Shown: positions 8,597 through 17,264 of the stretch, piece by piece
Position numbering within the stretch: the first letter of the stretch is position 1
How the letters are laid out: each line of letters starts with the position of its first letter
Assembly: GCA_016176465.1 (NCBI GenBank)
Contig: JACOXD010000006.1
Coordinates: forward strand, 71,878-135,877
Direction: 5' to 3'
DNA from: Candidatus Daviesbacteria bacterium
GTDB taxonomy: Bacteria; Patescibacteriota; Microgenomatia; Daviesbacterales; UBA10151
Length of the DNA stretch: 64,000 bases
Program-made: the position numbers and the translations under genes
Notes under the pieces: generated by a model
Told to the model about the DNA's origin: nothing
The model's input: only the letters and a program-made list of their open reading frames with translations
The model's database searches: none

Positions 8597-9845
8597 TTAC
8601 TTACCACCAATCTGCTTTGCTAGCCTCATTTGCAGAGAATAAATTTCTATAAACCCTGCTGAAGCATTCACATTAAATGAATAGCCTCCCAAATTAGTAA
8701 ATGAGGTATGATCTAAACCATAAGGAGACTGCATTGCCACCACATCTACTTTACCTTTATAAAGTTTAAGGGTAACTTCTCCAGTCACCTTCTCATTTAC
8801 AAAGTCATTAAAAGTATTTATTGCCTCCATAACAGGATCAAACCATAAAGCACCATAACAAAGATAGCCCCATTTAGTATCAAGTTCTTGCTTTAGCTCA
8901 TTTAAATTCCTGGTAGAAACATATTTTTCCAATGCTTTATGAGCCTCAATCAATACATGTCCTGCAGGCATTTCATAAACTCCACCATTCTTAACTCCAA
9001 CTAATCTATCCTCAAACATATGAACCACCCCTACCCCATGTTTTCCTGCTAACTTGTTGAGCTTTGCTATCAACTGAGAAAGTTTCAACTTTTGGTCATT
9101 TAAAGCCACAGGAATTCCTTTTTTAAAGGTTACTTTAATTAGTTCCTCCTTATTTGGTGCGTTTTTAGCCAAAGTATAGGTAGTTAGGAATTTTTCAATG
9201 GGAGCTATTAGTTGTGGCTCTTCAATTTCTCCACCTTCCCAGGTCATTCCCCACATGTTGTCATCAACTGAGTAGGGAAAATCTAATGATGCTGGTACAG
9301 GAATTCCATTAGCTTTGGCATATTTAATTTCTTCATTCCTATCCATTGCCCATTCCCTGACAGGTGCAATTATTTTCATTTTAGGATCAAAAGTTAAAAT
9401 ATAGCCTTCAATCCTGACTTGATCATTACCCTTACCAGTACAACCATGGGCTATAGCATCAGCTCCTACTTTTTTAGCAATCTTAACTGAATTTTTAGCT
9501 AACACCGCTCTTCCCATTGGCGTAGAAAGATAGTAATTACCTTGGTATGAACCATTAGCCTTAATTCCTTTGGCAATATAATTCTCTGCAAACTCATCTT
9601 TTAAATCTAAAACTAAAGCCTGCTTTGCTCCAAACTTTAATGCTTTTTGTTTAATGGCTTCCAAGTCATCATGTTGCTGTCCTAAATCAGCGGTTAAAGT
9701 TATTACTTCACACTTATACTCATCCTGAATCCATTTAAGCATTACTGAGGTATCCAAACCTCCTGAATAGAGCAAAAGTACTTTTTTAACTTCTCCTATT
9801 TTTCCCTCATATGAGGCTACTTTGATATATTTAGTATCATTTTTC
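8597..9845 (-). CDS. argG: Argininosuccinate synthase
   Basis: N-terminal PP-loop KKVLLLYSGGLDTSV, then GCTGKGNDQVR and the ArgG-type C-terminus. The tracked ORF runs to 9937 through repeat copy D (MTIVSPPSRLLGRSFEGRARLRRARRE...). The more likely start is GTG at 9845, preceded by GGAGGTG (MKNDTKYIKV...). Confidence 0.8.
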
Positions 9846-10937
9846 ACTATTCTCACCTCCCTTCTTGCCCTCCGAAGCCTTGCTCGGCCTTCGAAGCTCC
9901 GGCCAAGGAGGCGCGAAGGAGGGCTTACTATTGTCATCCTGATGGTCCAATGGACCAGAAGGATCTAAATACAGATTCTTCGCTCCGCTCAGAATGACAC
10001 TCGCCACTTTTTTGTATGCCTCTCTGAAAGGCATCCCCTTACTAACCAATTTCAATGCTTTTTCTGTGGCATATAGCTCTTCAGTCATAGCTTTATCTAG
10101 AATCTCTTTATTGGGAGTTAAGCCCTTAACTAACAAACTAGCCACTTTTAGCGAGCCTAAAGTTAAATCCAAACTTTCCATAAATGGCTTTTTGCTATCT
10201 TGGAAATCCCTATTATAGCCTGAAATTAAATTTGTAGATAAAGAGACAATTTGAACATAATTTCCTAAGACTAGGTGGACCTTGGCTCTTAAAACCTCTG
10301 CAACATCAATGTTTTTCTTTTGTGGCATGATACTGCTTCCAGTAGTTAGGTTCCCTGCTACAGAAAAAAAGTTAAATTCAGATGTGGTAAATAACAATAC
10401 ATCTGATGCAAACTTATTAATATCCTGCAAGATTGTAATTAGGCAAGAAAGTATTAATTCTTCAAATTTTAGCCTTGAGTGCTGGCAATAAATGGGATTT
10501 TCTTGGACTTTAGCAAAGTTAAGTAGTTTTGCACTTAATTGCCTATCTATTTTAATAGGAATTCCATAACCTGCTCCTGATCCATAACCTGCTCCTGAAC
10601 CTAAGGGAGATTGGTCAATCAATTTATAGATAGTATCCAGATATATCAAATCATCACTTAATGAATCAACAAAGCAATCAGCCCACAACTTTATTGAGCT
10701 TGGCATTGCTTTTTGCATATGGGTATAACCAGGCATAGGAATATCTTTATGTTTCTTCCCAAAACTCTTAAAGCTTGTTTTTAGGTTTTCCAATTCTTGT
10801 TTCACTAAATTTAGCTGCTCTTTTGAATAAAGCCTTAAGGCTGTTAAAACTTGATCGTTTCTTGATCTGGCTGTATGGATTTTTTTCCCTGCTTCGCCAT
10901 AATTTTTTGTTAAGTAATCCTCTATCTTTGTATGCAT
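9837..10937 (-). CDS. argH: Argininosuccinate lyase, atypical (N-terminal region missing or compressed; C-terminal tail reads into repeat D)
   Basis: Signatures TARSRNDQV, GSSIMPQKKN and SPLGSGAG identify ArgH. Upstream of the reported Met the frame continues only as ...KLWKQGKFNLELGDEDMHTK to a TGA. A separate short ATG frame gives MKKLWQKGN followed by a stop, so about 70 N-terminal residues typical of ArgH are absent. Confidence 0.7.
   Translation of the reverse strand: MHTKIEDYLTKNYGEAGKKIHTARSRNDQVLTALRLYSKEQLNLVKQELENLKTSFKSFGKKHKDIPMPGYTHMQKAMPSSIKLWADCFVDSLSDDLIYLDTIYKLIDQSPLGSGAGYGSGAGYGIPIKIDRQLSAKLLNFAKVQENPIYCQHSRLKFEELILSCLITILQDINKFASDVLLFTTSEFNFFSVAGNLTTGSSIMPQKKNIDVAEVLRAKVHLVLGNYVQIVSLSTNLISGYNRDFQDSKKPFMESLDLTLGSLKVASLLVKGLTPNKEILDKAMTEELYATEKALKLVSKGMPFREAYKKVASVILSGAKNLYLDPSGPLDHQDDNSKPSFAPPWPELRRPSKASEGKKGGENSEK
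9932..9999. repeat. Palindromic mini-element copy D at the argH 3' end / argG 5' end, with degenerate GC-rich repeat debris upstream (about 9850-9930)
   Basis: The sequence reads tgtcatcctgatggtccaatggaccagaaggatct ... agattcttcgctccgctcagaatgaca. The left half is nearly identical to the left half of copy A. Confidence 0.75.
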
Positions 10938-11045
10938 ATCCTCATCCCCTAGCTCTAAGTTAAATTTCCCTTGTTTCCAAAGCTTGAGAATTTCAATTAC
11001 CTTTTTGCCATAACTTTTTCATAATTTTTTCCTTTCTTAGCTTTT

Positions 11046-11100
11046 TTAAAACAAAAAAGCCCTTGTCTGCTCACCTAAAAATAGATGAACAAACAAGGGC
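11046..11100 (-). terminator. Rho-independent terminator-like hairpin (minus strand) followed by a U-run
   Basis: Minus-strand GCCCTTGT(T)TG...CAGACAAGGGC stem, followed by TTTTTTGTTTT. Confidence 0.45.
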
Positions 11101-11368
11101 CTTCTAAAAGGCGGTACCACCTTGTATTTAATTTCCCATTAAAAATCCACCTTGCGGTGGAGCTAACTGCCTATGAGAAATTCTCATTTATAGCGCTCCG
11201 TTGCCGACACGCTTGCTATCTTTTACAGTTTTGCCTCTGTCATGGTATTGTCTCGATAAATAATCGGACCTGACCCATGCTGCTTGTCTACTGCGGTAGA
11301 CTTAAACGCATTTAAAATATTAAATTGTCTATTTAGTATAACATAAATTTTTTACTTGTCAATAACTA

Positions 11369-11764
11369 CTATGGGTTCAATCTCAAAAAGAGTGGCCATT
11401 GCCCTTTAAGCTGCTTACTAAATCCCATTTTTTCAAACAAGCTAATCTTATCTGTAACAGCTAGCACCTCATAGATTTCTTTAGCTTTAGCTTCATTCAC
11501 ACAAGCTTGGATTAGTTTAGACCCTATCCCCATTCCTTGATATTTAGGAAGTACTACTAGTGAGCGGACCTCTGATAGTTTTTTGTTATATATTTCCAAA
11601 CTGACACATCCAGCAACTTCTTTATCTTCTACCCAAACATAGAAGGAACTAAGCACTTGCTTTATCTCTGATTTAGGCCTTTTCAAAACTTTACCCTTTT
11701 TGGCTGCATCTGAAATTAATTTATAAATTGAGTCTAAATCTTCTATTTTAGCTTTGCGCAACAT
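11369..11764 (-). CDS. GNAT family N-acetyltransferase
   Basis: GNAT motif A: VVLPKYQGMGIGSKLIQ (Q/RxxGxG/A). The protein is 131 aa. Confidence 0.7.
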   Translation of the reverse strand: MLRKAKIEDLDSIYKLISDAAKKGKVLKRPKSEIKQVLSSFYVWVEDKEVAGCVSLEIYNKKLSEVRSLVVLPKYQGMGIGSKLIQACVNEAKAKEIYEVLAVTDKISLFEKMGFSKQLKGQWPLFLRLNP

Positions 11765-12776
11765 CTTTTAGCTGCCTCCTTTTATTTTTATTGTAGATCA
11801 TTAAAAAAATACCTAATAGTAAAAAATAATACCCCATCCAAACTAAATAAGAGATTTTCCCAATATATATACTGGAAAAAGAGACCTTGGAAAAAAAATT
11901 AACAATATAAACAAAATAAGTTAAGAGGACTCCTGGAATTAGTGCCATTAACTGACCAAGAGGGAAAATAAAAAATGAGGTAATAATAGAAACTGCACCG
12001 GTAATCATTATGCCTGGTACTGTCCAAAGTATCAAACTATTAACTAATATACCAATCAAACTCACTTGGTGAAAATTAACGGCTATAATTGGCCAAGTCA
12101 TTGCTTGAGCAGCTATTGAAACTGCTAAATCCTCTCTTAAGATATCAGGCATAGATTTTAAAAGCCTTATTAATTGTGGAGCTACTATTACTACCCCAAT
12201 TGTAGCTAAAAAGGAAAGTTGAAATGAGATTGATAAGAGCCAATTGGGATTGTAAATTAGCATAATTAAGGCTGTAATACCTAAAATCCACCAATCTATT
12301 TTCTCTCTCCCCAAAATTTGAGCAACTGAAGAAAAAGAAAGCATGATAAATGCTCTAATTACGGGTACAGCAAATCCTGTTAAAAAAGTATAAAAAAGGC
12401 ATACTAAAATAGATAAAACTATTGCTTTTTTTCTGCCAATCAAAGCTGCTCCTGCTAAAATAAAACCTCCAAGTAAAGTTAAGTTTTGGCCTGAAACTAC
12501 CACTATATGAATTGTAGATGTATCTCTTAAGTTTTGTTTAAATTCCTTAGGTAAATCTTCCTTGACTCCTAAAACCATACCTGATAAAAGACTTGCTTGT
12601 GGCTCAGGAAGCAAATATTTAGGCATACCAGATAAAATCTCTCTAAGCTTAGTAAAATAATAAATTTCTTTTTCTGTTTCTAGGTTAGATTGTCTTTGAA
12701 GAGGTGCTTCAGCCTGGATTCTTAAAAGTAAAACAAGTAGAAGTGCTATTAGAATTAAAACTAAATTGCGATTCAC
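11748..12776 (-). CDS. comEC: ComEC/Rec2-like DNA internalisation channel (competence-domain only; short form)
   Basis: Competence-domain block LLSGMVLGVKEDLPKEFKQNLRDTSTIHIVVVSGQNLTLLGG (the ...G..sgl...r..G..H..aiSG.h.. pattern) in a polytopic membrane protein. It overlaps the upstream comEA-like gene in operon fashion. Confidence 0.65.
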   Translation of the reverse strand: MNRNLVLILIALLLVLLLRIQAEAPLQRQSNLETEKEIYYFTKLREILSGMPKYLLPEPQASLLSGMVLGVKEDLPKEFKQNLRDTSTIHIVVVSGQNLTLLGGFILAGAALIGRKKAIVLSILVCLFYTFLTGFAVPVIRAFIMLSFSSVAQILGREKIDWWILGITALIMLIYNPNWLLSISFQLSFLATIGVVIVAPQLIRLLKSMPDILREDLAVSIAAQAMTWPIIAVNFHQVSLIGILVNSLILWTVPGIMITGAVSIITSFFIFPLGQLMALIPGVLLTYFVYIVNFFSKVSFSSIYIGKISYLVWMGYYFLLLGIFLMIYNKNKRRQLKDVAQS

Positions 12777-13349
12777 TTAGTTTAAATCTATTAAATCTTT
12801 AATTTTTTCATAGACGCTCCTGGAAACTATTTTTTTACTGATAAGTTCACTAATATCAGCATATGGCCTACCATTCATAATTTTACTAGCGGTTGCAGGT
12901 CCAACTGCGGGTAGTTCTTCTAACTTACTTTTAGACGCTCCATTAATACCAATTAGGCTTGTATTACTTACACCAACCACCTCAGGTGTAGTAGCTGTTT
13001 TTTCTCCTTTAAAAGGAATATAGATTTTTTGACCATCAACTAATTTTGCTGAGAGATTTAAGTTTTTGGAGATATACAAAGGATCTGCATTTTCTAAGAA
13101 CCCACCAGCCATGCCTATTAGATCTTGAATTCTATCTCCAGACTTCAAACTATAAACACCAGGTTTATTAATTGCTCCGGCAACATCTACTTTAATAGTA
13201 GTTTGAACAAATGGTTTATTTTCAAGAGGTTTTTGCAATTTAGCAAGTAAACCAGAAGAAAGTATCCCGCCAAGGATCAAAACCAAACCTAAGAAACAAA
13301 GAATAAGGGCCAGTTTATAATCATTTAGAAAGTTATTAATGGATTGCAC
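12777..13349 (-). CDS. comEA: ComEA-like DNA receptor (SLBB domain + helix-hairpin-helix)
   Basis: N-terminal TM helix; SLBB block VDVAGAINKPGVYSLKSGDRIQDLIGMAGG; C-terminal tandem HhH INGASKSKLEELPAVGPATASKIMNGRP. Confidence 0.8.
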   Translation of the reverse strand: MQSINNFLNDYKLALILCFLGLVLILGGILSSGLLAKLQKPLENKPFVQTTIKVDVAGAINKPGVYSLKSGDRIQDLIGMAGGFLENADPLYISKNLNLSAKLVDGQKIYIPFKGEKTATTPEVVGVSNTSLIGINGASKSKLEELPAVGPATASKIMNGRPYADISELISKKIVSRSVYEKIKDLIDLN

Positions 13350-13433
13350 GGACTTGGTATATAGTATTTAGTATACAGTATAGAGGAATGCTTTAAATTT
13401 CTTCCCCATATACTACATACCATATACAATATA

Positions 13434-13877
13434 CTATCTAAGATTACGCTTATACTGTTTTACCCACCCAGCATAGGCAACCACAAGGTGATGCAGGCTT
13501 CTGGCTTCTAGTTCTTTCTTTATAACCCCCCCATGATGAGGATATTTATGGAGCCTTGTCTTGGGTGAAGAGAATCCATGAGCATAATGACAAAGTTCGT
13601 GCGCAATAGTATGGTCCACTATTTCCTGAGGAATTCTAGGATCCTTAAACATGCCAGTAATAGTTATGTATGAATTTTTATTGATACTATCTAGTCTAAT
13701 AGAGCCTAATCTTAACCTCGAGTGTCTGCCAAACTTTATAAAGACAGGATTTACTTGTTTAACACTTCCAAAATAGTTAGTCCATAAATGATCAAGTCTG
13801 GAGAGCAACCATTTATCATCCCTAATAGATTTATATAAACTTTCGCTTAAGCGTTTAGAAATTTTTAACTTTCTCAT
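13434..13877 (-). CDS. DUF45/YgjP-family zinc metallohydrolase (HExxH)
   Basis: HELCHYAHG lies inside ...ITITGMFKDPRIPQEIVDHTIAHELCHY..., matching the WLM/YgjP architecture. Confidence 0.55.
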   Translation of the reverse strand: MRKLKISKRLSESLYKSIRDDKWLLSRLDHLWTNYFGSVKQVNPVFIKFGRHSRLRLGSIRLDSINKNSYITITGMFKDPRIPQEIVDHTIAHELCHYAHGFSSPKTRLHKYPHHGGVIKKELEARSLHHLVVAYAGWVKQYKRNLR

Positions 13878-14115
13878 AAAAAAGATTGTAGCGTAAGATT
13901 ATTGTAAGCAAAGCTTGCAACAAGATTCTCTTATTAAGATTCTCTTATTGTAAATTTTGGGTAAGAAAATTGTCAAGCAAGTAGAGGAAGTTAATTTACT
14001 GATCTAGTTTATTATATTTATTCTATAGGATAATATTTTAAAGATTAATTATTTGGGCTTTTGTAAGAATCTTTTCAAGAAAGCATTTTCTATTAGCAGA
14101 ACTAGAAGTTAGTTG

Positions 14116-16484
14116 CTAGCTTATTAGACTAATTATTTTTCCTGGGACATAAATAACTTTTTTAGGATTTTTCCCTCCCAAAAAATTTTGTACTTTTGGA
14201 CTTTTAAAAACTAATCTTTCTATTTCTGCTTGTTTTGAAATTAAGTCATTACTTACGGTAATTACATCTCTTACTTTTCCATTAACTTGGATAATTATTT
14301 TAATATTTTCTTCTTCCAAAAATTTTTCATCTACTTTTGGCCAAGATGATAAATGGATAGATTGTTTCTCCCCCAGCATTTCCCAAAGCTCTTCAGTAAT
14401 ATGAGGTGCAAAAGGAGAAAGCATTACTAAAAAGTTCTTATACTCATCCAAAGATACTTTTTCTTTCCTGGATAAATGATTTAGCCACTCCATCAAACCT
14501 GCAACCGAGGTATTATATTTGAGCTGATCAATATCTTTTTCTAACTTTTTAATAAATTTAGCCATGATTCTTTGATCATCTTGGGATGGTTTGGTATCTT
14601 TGCTAACCTTTTCAAATAATCCCCAGACTCTTTGCAGAAAATGATAGACTCCGTTTATTCCTTCTGCTTTCCAGGGGGCGACTATATCTGATGGTCCTAT
14701 GAAGGCTAAATAGACCCTCACAGCATCTGCTCCATATTCTTTAACTTGATCATCAGGATTAACTACATTTCCCTTAGATTTGCTCATTTTTTGGCCGTCA
14801 GTACCCAATATTGTTCCATGATGAATCCTCTTTCTGGTAAACTCCTCAAAAGATATTAGACCTATGTCTTTAAAAAACTTAGTAAAATAACGGGAATAGA
14901 GAGCATGTCCTAGCGTATGTTCTTCACCACCTATGTATAAGCCAACAGGCATCCACCTCTTAATTAGCTCTTTATCAAATATAAACTTGTCATTATGTGG
15001 ATCTAAATATCTAAAAAAATACCATGAAGAATCCATAAAAGTATCCATTGTTTCTGCCTCTCGTTTGGCATCCCCACCACAATTTGGACATTTTACATTT
15101 ACCCAACCTTCTGCAGTGGCTAAAGGTGGTTTACCTTGAGGTTTATAATCAACTTTATAGGGAAGCTCCACTGGTAATTGATTTTCAGGAACAGGTACTA
15201 ATCCACAATTAGGACAGTTTATAAAAGGAATGGGAGTTCCCCAATACCTTTGTCTGGATATAGACCAATCATGAAGATGATATTGAGTCTGTTTTTGTCC
15301 AAGTTTATTTTTCTCTAAGTAATCAGTAATCTTCTCTCTAGCCTCACTGGAGGGTAGGTTAGCATATTTATCACTATTAACCAGAACTCCTTCGCCTGTA
15401 TAGGGAAGCTTGGTTTCTTTGATATCTACTTCTTCAATTACTTTAGTTATGGGTAAGTTAAACTTCTTTGCAAACTCAAAATCACGTTCATCGTGAGCAG
15501 GCACAGCCATCACTGCACCAGTTCCATAGCCTGGTAAAACATAATCAGCTATCCAGACAGGTATATCTTCACCTGAAAGAGGATTTTTAACATATGAACC
15601 GCTAAAGACTCCTGTTTTATCTTTATTTTCCTTTCGTTCAAGTTCAGTTTTCTTTTTAGCTTTTTCTAAGTAAACCTCTGTTTCTTTCTTTTGATTTCTT
15701 GTTGTATATTTTGATACTAATTGATGCTCGGGTGACAAAACTACAAAGGTTGCCCCAAAAATTGTATCTACTCTGGTTGTAAAAACCTCTATATCTTCAA
15801 ATTTGATTAAACTGCCTTCTGATTTACCAATCCATTTGTTCTGTGCTTCAATTAAAGCTTTAGGATAGCTAGCTTGAGGCGCCTTTTCATCCCAAATTAG
15901 CCTATCTGCATAAGCTGTTATTTTACCTCCTTTTGTACTATCTCTGTTCCGCACCTCCAACATTTACCTGCTTCAACATTCTCATTAGCTAATACAGTTT
16001 GACATGAAGGACACCAGTTTGATAGAGTTTTTCCTCTATAAACTAGCCCCCTTTCGTACATCTTTAAAAAGATCCACTGATTCCACTTGTAGTATTCTGG
16101 CAGACATGTAATGGTAAGTGAACTCCAGTCAAATGAGAAGCCTCCAGTTTTAAACTGTTTACTCATTTGTTCAATATTAGCTAAAGTCCAATCTTGGGGA
16201 TGAATTCCCCTCTGTATTGCTGCATTCTCTGCAGGTAAGCCAAAAGCATCATAGCCATTTGGAAAAAAAGTATTATAGCCTTGTAGTCTTTTGAATCTAG
16301 CTAAAATATCCCCATAATTGAAGGTGTACCAGTGACCAATATGTAAATCTCCAGAAGGATAGAGCAGTTCCACTAAAACATAGTAATTATTTTTTTTTGA
16401 GGCCAAATCAGTTTCGTATAATTTATCTTCTTCCCACTTTTTTTGCCATTTAGGTTCAATTTGGGACGGAATATATTTTTTCAT
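14116..16484 (-). CDS. leuS: Leucyl-tRNA synthetase, interrupted by an apparent -1 frameshift near 15935 (two ORFs: 15918..16484 and 14116..15963)
   Basis: The N-terminal ORF has HIGHWY and CWRCGTEIVQKEVK. The C-terminal ORF continues KITAYADRLIWDE, the editing domain, and KMSKSKGNVV. The junction lies in the run GAGGTAAAATAACAG; adding one A restores EVKITAYADRL. Confidence 0.85.
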
Positions 16485-16898
16485 ATAGCTATTTTATCCT
16501 AATCTTATTTTATATTCTAGTTTGTCTATCTATTAACTATGAACAATGAACTTTTAACAATTAACTTTCCACTTATCCACAGCCTATTCAAAATATATCA
16601 AAAATCAATAATTTAATCCCTGCATAGCCTCAAAAATGAAATGGTTTAAATAGCTCAAGGCTAGCATTTTTTCTTTTTTATAATCAAAAGCTATATATCT
16701 ATATCAAATTTATAAAATTTACGTATATGAAAAGGGCATGAAAATATATTAAAAGGAGCTTGTTAATCTTTTGTTTCGATTTCCGTTGAACCCTAATTAT
16801 TCACAAAGGCTTGTTGCTACTAATCCTATTACAGAAAAAGTTAAGAATTTTGATGCTATGGTTTATCAACCTGAGCTTATTTACATGAGACGTGTACA

Positions 16899-16972
16899 TG
16901 GTGGACTCACCGAGAATTGAACTCGGAACTGTACAATGCGAATGTACCGGTATGCCGTTTACCTATGAGCCC
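16899..16972 (-). tRNA. tRNA-Ala (anticodon CGC), CCA encoded
   Basis: Hand-folded cloverleaf: acceptor GGGCTCA/TGAGTCC with the G3:U70 Ala identity pair, D-stem GGTA/TACC, anticodon stem GTACA/TGTAC with loop TTCGCAT, T-arm CCGAG-TTCAATT-CTCGG, then ACCA. Confidence 0.8.
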
Positions 16973-17006
16973 AATTCTGCTATTTGTACTGAGCAAAGTC
17001 GAAGTG

Positions 17007-17080
17007 TGGACCTGATCGGGCTCGAACCGACAACCTCAGCTATGCCATAGCTGCGCTACTACCAATTGAGCTACAGGCCC
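17007..17080 (-). tRNA. tRNA-Ala (anticodon GGC), no encoded CCA
   Basis: Hand-folded cloverleaf: acceptor GGGCCTG/CAGGTCC with G3:U70, D-arm GCTC-AATTGGTAG-TAGC, anticodon loop ATGGCAT (GGC), T-arm GTCGG-TTCGAGC-CCGAT. Confidence 0.85.
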
Positions 17081-17264
17081 TTACTTAGTAAAAACTCAAG
17101 TTATTTTATCAAAGTTTTATCCTTTTCTCTATAGATTTTAATGTTTATGTTTTTTGAGGCTAAAATACTTATTAGCAGTTAAAAATAACTATTTGCTAAT
17201 TTGAAATTGAAGAAGTTTTAGATATCTTTTGATAGCCTAATAATATAATAAAGAAGTAATTTGA

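Noticed and set aside
10938-11030. Possibility that TGA is read as an amino acid (code 25, as in SR1/Gracilibacteria), which would rescue the argH N-terminus
   Set aside because: Across the window, long family-consistent ORFs end at TGA/TAA/TAG under the standard code. Even reading through the TGA, the argH N-terminal region is still about 70 residues too short.
11100-11340. SRP RNA / RNase P / tmRNA / 6S assignment for the structured intergenic segment
   Set aside because: AGCAGC and GGTCAGGTCCG occur in the wrong order for SRP domain IV. No RNase P P4 sequence and no tmRNA tRNA-like end were seen. It is left as an unassigned candidate.
16621-16680. Orphan terminator-like hairpin (TAGCCT...AGGCTA + T-run) on the plus strand upstream of leuS
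   Set aside because: The loop is ~27 nt and the stem only 6 bp. No plus-strand gene reads into it, so it is probably a chance structure in AT-rich spacer.
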